A stretch of DNA of 64,000 nucleotides from contig JAAZDE010000010.1 in assembly GCA_012512925.1 (NCBI GenBank), positions 6,417 to 70,416 of the forward strand, read 5' to 3'. The stretch is from Desulfuromonadaceae bacterium. Its GTDB lineage: Bacteria; Desulfobacterota; Desulfuromonadia; Desulfuromonadales; JAAYDE01. Under the pieces are notes generated by a model, which was not told where the DNA came from, ran no database searches, and saw nothing but the letters and a program-made list of their open reading frames with translations. The position numbers and the translations under genes are program-made. Positions 57,451 through 64,000 of the stretch are shown here, one piece after another (position 1 is the first letter of the stretch; the number at the start of each line of letters is the position of its first letter).

Positions 57451-59760
57451 TCAAACGGCGACGGCAACATCCCGCTGGCCGGCGATAAAAGCCTGGCCCA
57501 GAGCCAACCCGCCATCGTTGGGCGGCACCTGGGAATGGGTCAAAACCCTGAACCCTTCCGCCTCAAGAACCTTGACCACTTTCTCGGTCAGATAGCGATT
57601 CTGAAAAACTCCGCCGGAGAGCGAAGCAATATTCAGGCCGGTGCGCCGGCGAAGCTCCGCGCACACCTCGGCGACCATGGCAGCAAGGGTATTGTGAAAC
57701 CGGGCGCTGATAACGGCGGAATCCGCCCCCTGAGCCACCTCTTCGGCAATCGCCCGGATCAGCGGCGCCGGATCGAAAAGCACCACATCCTTCTCTTGCG
57801 TCAAGGCATAAGAGTAAATCCCCGTCTCCCCGCCCCCCGCGATGGCCATTTCCAGTTCCAAAGCGGCCTGCCCCTCGTAACTGACCCGCTGACGCAGACC
57901 GATCATTGCCGCCACCGCATCGAACAGCCGCCCGCAGCTCGATGTCAACGGGGAGTTGATCCCTTTCTCCGCCATCTGCCGCAGCAAACGGACGGTTTCT
58001 TTCGGGATCCCTGCCAGGAAGGGCAGAGGGGGCAGTTCCTCCCCGAAGGCCTGGAAGAGATAACTCAAGGCCATGCGGAACGGTTCCTTGGTGGCGGCAT
58101 CACCTCCCGGCATCGGCGCATAGCGGAAGTGGCCGGCGCGGCGATAACCGCGGGCGTTGCCGACAAGGAACTCCCCTCCCCAGATGCAACCGTCCTCACC
58201 GTAGCCGATGCCGTCGAAAATCACCCCGATCACCTCCTCCTCCACGCCGTTCTCCGCCAGGCAGGAAGCAAGATGGGCATGATGGTGCTGAACCGGGATG
58301 CGAATCAGATCGTCCCTCAGCCGGGCATAGGCGGTGGAATAATAGTCGGGATGCAGATCATGGGCAATGATGCGAGGGTCGATCTGGAGAATCTTTTGGA
58401 GATGGCCGATGGCGCCCTCAAAGGAGGCAAAAACCTCGGCATTCTTGAGATCGCCGATGTGCTGGCTGAGGACGGCCTGTCTCCCCGAGGTCAGGCAGAT
58501 GGCGTTTTTCAGCTCCGCACCCACCGCCAAAACCTCTCCCTGGGGACGGGGGAGAAAAACCGGCCGCGGCACATACCCCCGGGAACGGCGCAGCAGCAGG
58601 GGACGGTCCGCCGTCATGCGGACGATGGAGTCGTCGGTACGGATAAAGATATCGCGGTTGTGGGACAGGTAAAAATCGGCAATGCCGGCGAGACGTGCCC
58701 TGGCGTCGGCATCGGTGTAGGCGATCGGCTCGTCGCTGAGGTTCCCGCTGGTCATGACCAGGGCGATCAGATCGTTGTCGAGTAACAGATAATGAAGGGG
58801 GGTGTAGGGGAGCATCACGCCGAAATAGCGGTTGCGGGGGGAGATCTCGGCGGAGAGGGTGCCCGCTTCCCGCTTGCGCAGCAACACGATCGGCCTCTCA
58901 GCACTTTCCAGCAAAACCATTTCCGGGGCATCCACCTCGGCGAACCGTCTGACCCTCTGCACATCGGCCGCCATCAGGGCAAAGGGCTTTTCATCCCGTG
59001 CCTTGCGGCGCCGCAATTCGGCCACTGCTCCATCGTTGGCGGCATCCACCGCCAGGTGATAACCGCCGAGTCCCTTGACGGCCACGATCCGCCCCTGCCG
59101 CAGCAGCGCCACGCTGGCAGCCACAGGGTCGCCCGCCACTTTCCGCCCCGCGGAGTCGACCAAAGTCAGGAGGGGACCACATAGCGGGCAGGCGATGGGC
59201 TGGGCATGGAAGCGCCGGGAAGCGGGATCGTGGTATTCTTCCCGGCAGGCGGAACACATGGCAAAAGAGGCCATGGTGGTTTTGGGACGGTCGTAGGGAA
59301 GGCCGGTAACGAGAGAATAGCGGGGGCCGCAGTTGGTGCAGTTGATGAAGGGATAACGGTAGCGGCGGTCGGCGGGATTGAACAGCTCGGCCAGGCAATC
59401 GGGGCAGACATGGCTGTCGACGGCGATCTGCGCGGTGGGGGCGAGACCTTCCCGGCTTTCCCCGATCCGGAAAGCGTCATCCCCGGTTACGGCGATGTCG
59501 CGGATCGCCATTCCGGTGACGGAAGCCAGCGGCGGCAATTCCTCCCGCAGACAGCGGATGAAGCCGGAAAGGTTTCTCTCCTCCCCTTCGGCCTCCACCA
59601 GCACCCCCCGGGTATCGTTGATCACCCAGCCGGTTATCTGATGACGCAAAGCGGATCGATAAACAAAGGGGCGGAAACCAACCCCCTGGACGACTCCTTC
59701 AATGCGGATCTCTTTTCGGTAAATTACCGGATTTCGCCAATCCCGTGCCGAGTGCTCCAT
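57451..59760 (-). CDS. hypF: [NiFe]-hydrogenase maturation carbamoyltransferase HypF
   Basis: Acylphosphatase-like N-domain (GVVQGVGFRPFVY). Zinc fingers CPDCLAE...CTNCGPRYS and CSACREEY...CPLCGP. YrdC- and Kae1-like C-terminal domains. ATG 59760 chosen; the track start 59805 is a GTG. Confidence 0.93.
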   Translation of the reverse strand: MEHSARDWRNPVIYRKEIRIEGVVQGVGFRPFVYRSALRHQITGWVINDTRGVLVEAEGEERNLSGFIRCLREELPPLASVTGMAIRDIAVTGDDAFRIGESREGLAPTAQIAVDSHVCPDCLAELFNPADRRYRYPFINCTNCGPRYSLVTGLPYDRPKTTMASFAMCSACREEYHDPASRRFHAQPIACPLCGPLLTLVDSAGRKVAGDPVAASVALLRQGRIVAVKGLGGYHLAVDAANDGAVAELRRRKARDEKPFALMAADVQRVRRFAEVDAPEMVLLESAERPIVLLRKREAGTLSAEISPRNRYFGVMLPYTPLHYLLLDNDLIALVMTSGNLSDEPIAYTDADARARLAGIADFYLSHNRDIFIRTDDSIVRMTADRPLLLRRSRGYVPRPVFLPRPQGEVLAVGAELKNAICLTSGRQAVLSQHIGDLKNAEVFASFEGAIGHLQKILQIDPRIIAHDLHPDYYSTAYARLRDDLIRIPVQHHHAHLASCLAENGVEEEVIGVIFDGIGYGEDGCIWGGEFLVGNARGYRRAGHFRYAPMPGGDAATKEPFRMALSYLFQAFGEELPPLPFLAGIPKETVRLLRQMAEKGINSPLTSSCGRLFDAVAAMIGLRQRVSYEGQAALELEMAIAGGGETGIYSYALTQEKDVVLFDPAPLIRAIAEEVAQGADSAVISARFHNTLAAMVAEVCAELRRRTGLNIASLSGGVFQNRYLTEKVVKVLEAEGFRVLTHSQVPPNDGGLALGQAFIAGQRDVAVAV

Positions 59761-59831
59761 GGCTTCATCATAACGTGAACCTGCCCGCCGGAGCAATGAC
59801 GACACAACAGGACAGGATTTTTAACCACCCG

Positions 59832-60800
59832 TCAACGGCGACGCTCCATCAGAAAATCAGCCAGACCGAGCAGCTCTTTTTTTTCGGCGCTGTCCGGAAA
59901 TATCCGCAGATGGCCCTTGGCGTTTTCCACACGCTCCCGCGCCACCTTCCGTGCCTCACCGATTCCGTCATATCTTTCAATAAAGGAAAATACCCGCTGA
60001 AAATCGGCAGCTGTTTTATTTCCACGGGAAACAACGGACATGACGCCTTCTCTTTCTTCCGGGGCGCCCTTCCGCAAAGCATGAAGGAGCGGCAGGGTCA
60101 GCTTCCCTTCCGCCAGATCGCGTCCCCGGGCCTTGCCAAATTCATCTTCCGTACCGACATAGTCCAGCAGGTCGTCAACAAACTGGAAAGCCATTCCCAT
60201 ATCCAGGCCGAAACACTCCAAGGCCAGTTCCCGGGCCGAGTCCGTGCCGCCCATTACGGCACCGCACCGGCAGGCGGCAGCCATTAAGGCCGCCGTCTTG
60301 CAGCGCACTACGTGCAGATAGTGATCGATATCGGAACAAGGGTTGCGGATATTGGCCAGTTGCAGAACCTCGCCTTCCGCCATCACCTCAGTGGCGCTGG
60401 AAAGAATTTCCATGATTCTCGGGTTACCGAAACGAACGAGGATGGTAAAGGAACGGGCGAAAAGAAAATCCCCCACCAGCACCGAAGCTTCGTTGCCCCA
60501 TACCGAATTGGCCGAAGCGCGACCCCGACGTAGGGCCGAACCGTCCACGACATCGTCATGGAGAAGAGAAGCCGTATGGATAAATTCAACCGCCGAGGCC
60601 AGATCGAGAAGATCGGAACGATGGTAGCCGCACAGCCGGGCGCAGAGGATGACCAGCAGGGGGCGTATCCTTTTGCCGCCGCCCGACAGGAGATGATCGG
60701 AAATCAGGGGGATCAGGGGGACATCGGAGGAAAGATTCTCCCGCATCCGTTCGTCAATCCCGGCCAGGTTTTTCAACATCGTGGTATTCATGGAAGACAT
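59832..60800 (-). CDS. ispB: Long-chain polyprenyl (octaprenyl-type) diphosphate synthase
   Basis: DDxxD motifs LLHDDVVDGSALRRG and FQFVDDLLDY. Confidence 0.85.
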   Translation of the reverse strand: MSSMNTTMLKNLAGIDERMRENLSSDVPLIPLISDHLLSGGGKRIRPLLVILCARLCGYHRSDLLDLASAVEFIHTASLLHDDVVDGSALRRGRASANSVWGNEASVLVGDFLFARSFTILVRFGNPRIMEILSSATEVMAEGEVLQLANIRNPCSDIDHYLHVVRCKTAALMAAACRCGAVMGGTDSARELALECFGLDMGMAFQFVDDLLDYVGTEDEFGKARGRDLAEGKLTLPLLHALRKGAPEEREGVMSVVSRGNKTAADFQRVFSFIERYDGIGEARKVARERVENAKGHLRIFPDSAEKKELLGLADFLMERRR

Positions 60801-60911
60801 ATTCTCAACAGTGCCGGCTTCGCCGGAAGTCGATTCAAGGCGATCGCAAATCGCCTATGGGCATTGCCCGAAGGCTAAAAGAGGCGGAGAAAATCTGGCG
60901 GGAGAGCAAAT

Positions 60912-61814
60912 TCACTTTGGGGCCGGAACGAAGGTCTGAGCTTCGGCGTCATAGGCATAGCTTCCGGCATCCCATATGCTCTGCAGCAGGTTCCAATCCA
61001 GATGGACGTTCTTCATTTCCTCTGCAACCTTGGAAGCCTCGAGCATCTCCTTGTCGTCGATCTGGCTGTCGCCGTTCTGGTCAGCCCAAAGGAACGGATA
61101 AATTTTGATGACCCTGTCCCCATCCACCGGTTTCGGCGACATCCTCCGGTCGGGGGCTGCAATGACGGAACCCCGGAAATAGGTCTCCCCCTGTAATTTC
61201 GCCATGGAATCAACCCTGACCAGATAGGTGATAAAAAATCCGCTGTCCCCCCGTTTGGAAATCCACCGCACCACCCCCTTCTCATTGTCGAGGCTTGAAG
61301 GAGGAGGATAGCTTTCAATGATTTTCCAGCCCAACGGGAAACTTTCCCGGAGGATGAAGCCGTTGTTTTCCTCCTCGGTCCGCAATTGGATGCGCACCGG
61401 AATAACCGTCCCGGGAGCGGCATAGCGGGGAAGGGAACGAGTGGCGAAAACGCTGGTCTGAAGGACCATCTGGCGGTGGTAAAAAAAGGCGCTGACAACG
61501 ATCACGATAAGAAGAACGAAAAAGAGGATCAAAAGTTTGGGAAGCCGCATCAGGAACCATGATTTCGGCTTCTTTTGGGAGTCATCCTCATCCCTCTGCA
61601 GGATCTCCTCAAGAGGGACCTCCAAAGCCTCCGCAAGGCGCAGGGCGTTGGCCGTCTTCATGGAAGGGTAGCGATTGTTTTCCCAGCGAGAGATGGTATC
61701 GGTCGTAACACCGACGACCTTGGCCACATAAAGCTGGGTCAGCTTTTTGTCCTCCCGGATGCGGCGCACCGCCCTGGAATTCAGGCATACTGTCGGTGGG
61801 CTATTTTCCTGCAT
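60912..61814 (-). CDS. Membrane-tethered XRE-family HTH protein with an extracytoplasmic domain carrying an EF-hand/dockerin-like loop
   Basis: HTH (KKLTQLYVAKVVGVTTDTISRWENNR). TM segment (LLILFFVLLIVIVVSAFFY). About 190-aa C-terminal domain containing DQNGDSQIDDKE (nt 61047-61082). Confidence 0.75.
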   Translation of the reverse strand: MQENSPPTVCLNSRAVRRIREDKKLTQLYVAKVVGVTTDTISRWENNRYPSMKTANALRLAEALEVPLEEILQRDEDDSQKKPKSWFLMRLPKLLILFFVLLIVIVVSAFFYHRQMVLQTSVFATRSLPRYAAPGTVIPVRIQLRTEEENNGFILRESFPLGWKIIESYPPPSSLDNEKGVVRWISKRGDSGFFITYLVRVDSMAKLQGETYFRGSVIAAPDRRMSPKPVDGDRVIKIYPFLWADQNGDSQIDDKEMLEASKVAEEMKNVHLDWNLLQSIWDAGSYAYDAEAQTFVPAPK

Positions 61815-62247
61815 AGAATCATCACCTTAAATGGTGAATATATTAACCGGTTCCCGCCCATTCCGCCAGTGAAATTGTTTCCCCCTCATCTTTCATCGGC
61901 ACATAAGGCCGAAAACCACGCCTCATCGAAGAATCGTCCTTCCCAAAAACCGGGCCCCCTCCCCTGGCGGATTTCCATATCGATCAACATGCCATCCGAT
62001 GTCGGCATAAAACTTCTGATGGCTGCGCTAGAATTCACGTAAATAATTGAAAACAAACATTTTTTTTGACCCGGTAAGGTTTTTTTCAGGAAAATGACTG
62101 CTGCTAAAGTTTCGGTTTGATCGATTCTGGACCAAAACCGTCGCATACACAGGAAAGGAGGTGAAAAAGCGGCAACGGCCACGGCAGGTGGGCAACTGTA
62201 ACCACAATCTCAAAAAACAGACAAACATGAAAGGGAAGGATTTTGCC

Positions 62248-63735
62248 ATGTCGGAAACAAAAATTATTCAAGATGAGCTCCTGGAAAAACTCGAACCGCC
62301 AAGTATGGCGCCCAAGGATCTTTTCAAGCATTTCGGCCCCGGCATGATTCTCATGATGACCGGGATCGGCACCAGCCACCTGGTCACCGCCCCCACTGCC
62401 GGCGGACGCTTCGCCTACGCCCTGCTGTGGACCATCCCCTTCTGCTACATCTTCAAGTACTATGGTTTTGAGATGGCCTTCCGCTTCACCAACGCCACCG
62501 GCCGCAGCATCATGGACGCCTATGGCACCGCCCCGGGCAAGTGGCCGCTCTGGTACACCCTGGTCATCACCCTGGTGCAGTGCGCCGTCGGCTCCGCCGG
62601 CCGGACCATCGCCGCCGCCGCCGTCCTCTACTATCTGTTTTCCGTCCATATGGGCCTGCCCATCCCCTTGGCGGCCTATGGCGTTCTCATCGCCGTCGGT
62701 TCGGCATGGATCATCCTCTACGGCAACTACGCCTGGGTTGAAAGCACCACAAAAATCTGCGCCGGCGCCCTGGTGTTCTCGGCTATCTTTGCCTACATCT
62801 ACGCCCCCGCCCCGGCTGAAAAAATGGTCCATTTCTTCATTTTCGACATGCCCAAAGGCTCCTGGCTGATTGTCGCCGCCTTCTTCGGCCTGCTCCCCAC
62901 CGGCATCGACGTTTCCCTGCAGGCCTCTGAATGGGGCAAGGCCAAGAAAAAAGGTCTCGGTTATGTTCGCGGCATTCTGGAAGAAAAAGGGCTCATCAAA
63001 AAATTCGACGCCTTCCACTCCGGCAAGGCCGATCTGGCTTTCGACATGAGCATCCTGCCCACCAAAACCCAGGAATACTGCCGCCGCTGGTTCAAGATCG
63101 GCACCTGGGACTTCGCTTTTGGACACTGGATTTCAGCCATCATCGCCGCCATCTATCTGCTCCTGGCCGCCGTCTGGATCTACCCCAGCGCGGTCAAGGG
63201 GAACGCCGTTATGGGCGAAATCGCCAAGGTCTTCACCTCCAGTGTCGGCCCCTGGATGATGTGGGTCTTCATTATCGGCGCCTTCGCCGCCTGTTTCTCC
63301 ACCGCTTTCAATTACTACGACGGCTGGCCCAGGGTCGTTGGCGCCTGCTGCCGTAACATCTTTGCCACCACCAACAGACTCACTGGTGTGGACCGGGCTG
63401 ACCTCACTCCGGAGAAGAGAAGCAACCTGATGTCCGAGTACAACATCTACCGGATGACCATGGCCTGGTCGGTTGTCGCCAGCTCGGCCATCATCATCGG
63501 TTTGCCGCGCCCCGTATTTCTGGTTCTGGTGGCCTCGGCCCTGGCCTACTTCATCGCTCCGGTGATCTTCTTCCTCAACCTCTGGTACTGCTTCACCGTC
63601 ATCGACAAGAACGACAAGATCTTCTATCCCAGCACCTTCGCCACCTGGTTCTCCTGGGTCAGCTGCATAGCGTTCGCTCTGATGACCGGGGTCATGATTG
63701 CCGCCCGTATCTTCAAGATCCAACTGTTTGGATAA
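62248..63735 (+). CDS. Nramp-superfamily transporter, divergent (canonical DPGN/MPH motifs absent)
   Basis: ATG 62248 behind AAGGGAAGGA (alternatives GTG 62161 and ATG 62227). Multi-TM protein. The N-terminal region aligns to MntH TM1, but GTSH replaces DPGN. Confidence 0.75.
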   Translation: MSETKIIQDELLEKLEPPSMAPKDLFKHFGPGMILMMTGIGTSHLVTAPTAGGRFAYALLWTIPFCYIFKYYGFEMAFRFTNATGRSIMDAYGTAPGKWPLWYTLVITLVQCAVGSAGRTIAAAAVLYYLFSVHMGLPIPLAAYGVLIAVGSAWIILYGNYAWVESTTKICAGALVFSAIFAYIYAPAPAEKMVHFFIFDMPKGSWLIVAAFFGLLPTGIDVSLQASEWGKAKKKGLGYVRGILEEKGLIKKFDAFHSGKADLAFDMSILPTKTQEYCRRWFKIGTWDFAFGHWISAIIAAIYLLLAAVWIYPSAVKGNAVMGEIAKVFTSSVGPWMMWVFIIGAFAACFSTAFNYYDGWPRVVGACCRNIFATTNRLTGVDRADLTPEKRSNLMSEYNIYRMTMAWSVVASSAIIIGLPRPVFLVLVASALAYFIAPVIFFLNLWYCFTVIDKNDKIFYPSTFATWFSWVSCIAFALMTGVMIAARIFKIQLFG

Positions 63736-63791
63736 GAATTATCTGTTCATCTTTTTGATCTTTCATCTCGGTCATTTGTTTTCTCCCTTTG

Positions 63792-63818
63792 GGCCGCTGA
63801 AACGAGCGGCCTTTTTTT
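63792..63818 (+). terminator. Rho-independent terminator of the transporter gene
   Basis: GGCCGCT-GAAACG-AGCGGCC followed by TTTTTTT. Confidence 0.8.
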
Positions 63819-63819
63819 A

Positions 63820-64000
63820 TTCTATGACTGTAGAAAACCAGTTAAAGAAAATTTCTTCATAATTTGCAAGAGCAACTCTACATATACAATTTTTTTATTT
63901 TATCCAAATTGCCGTAATCACGTCATTTCTACCAGACATTTGGTTATATATGTATAGATCTTGGTTTTTTTATGGAAACATTTCTGGTTTACTTTTTCTG
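63820..64000. other. Abrupt AT-rich segment at the window edge
   Basis: By eye about 30% GC over the last 180 nt, against about 60% elsewhere. Runs of A/T and TATATA motifs. A possible ATG at 63972 runs off the window. Confidence 0.6.

Noticed and set aside
61815-62247. Mn2+ (yybP-ykoY) riboswitch or Fur/MntR box upstream of the Nramp-like gene
   Set aside because: I could not find the conserved riboswitch cores as I remember them. The AT-rich AAATAATTGAAAACAAACATT (62041-62061) matches the 19-bp Fur consensus at only about 10/19 positions.
1-64000. CRISPR arrays, transposases, integrases, phage or defence genes, rRNA/tRNA
   Set aside because: No regularly spaced direct repeats or recognisable mobile or defence protein motifs were seen in any frame. 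The only compositional anomaly is the final 180 nt.

Overview
High-GC (~60%) chromosomal window. It looks like core genome of a Desulfuromonadales/Geobacter-type deltaproteobacterium; that taxon is inferred only from gene content and order. Content from left to right: ftsY (partial), a roadblock-like small gene and smc (one minus-strand unit); an AsmA/YhdP-like envelope protein; ubiE, a NUDIX hydrolase, a cyclase-family protein and glnS; selA-selD; azlCD; cspA; an unlisted 43-aa basic sORF and a zinc-ribbon protein; ycgN-glgP; a repeat lipoprotein; a B12-type radical SAM protein. selD is itself a selenoprotein with an in-frame UGA at 13767-13769, which is why the ORF track shows only its C-terminal 284 aa. 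A complete canonical dcw cluster follows on the minus strand (41637 down to 23704): mraZ-rsmH-ftsL-ftsI-murE-murF-mraY-murD-ftsW-murG-murC-murB-ddl-ftsQ-ftsA-ftsZ. It has a recognisable promoter and three 10-bp-phased GTG(G/T) boxes. After it come a triple-GAF sigma-54 activator; an M16 peptidase; a DUF2270-like membrane protein; hemB, cobA/hemD, hemA and sirC; trxA; a DUF99 protein; dtd preceded by a 50-codon in-frame relic of endonuclease IV; a HAD nucleotidase; dapF; an MBL hydrolase; adenine deaminase; hypF; ispB; an XRE-HTH/TM/EF-hand-like protein; and an Nramp-superfamily transporter whose canonical metal-binding motifs are replaced. No rRNA, tRNA, CRISPR, transposase or integrase was recognised. 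I did not find a convincing multi-gene novel system. The best second-look items are the repeat-rich structured glnS/selA spacer, the nfo relic, the divergent Nramp-like transporter with its long leader and neighbouring membrane-tethered HTH protein, the selD recoding site, and the sharp AT-rich break at the right edge. All family assignments come from motif recognition by eye, not database searches. Many long ORFs in the track are antisense shadows, and many real genes start downstream of the track's longest-ORF start.
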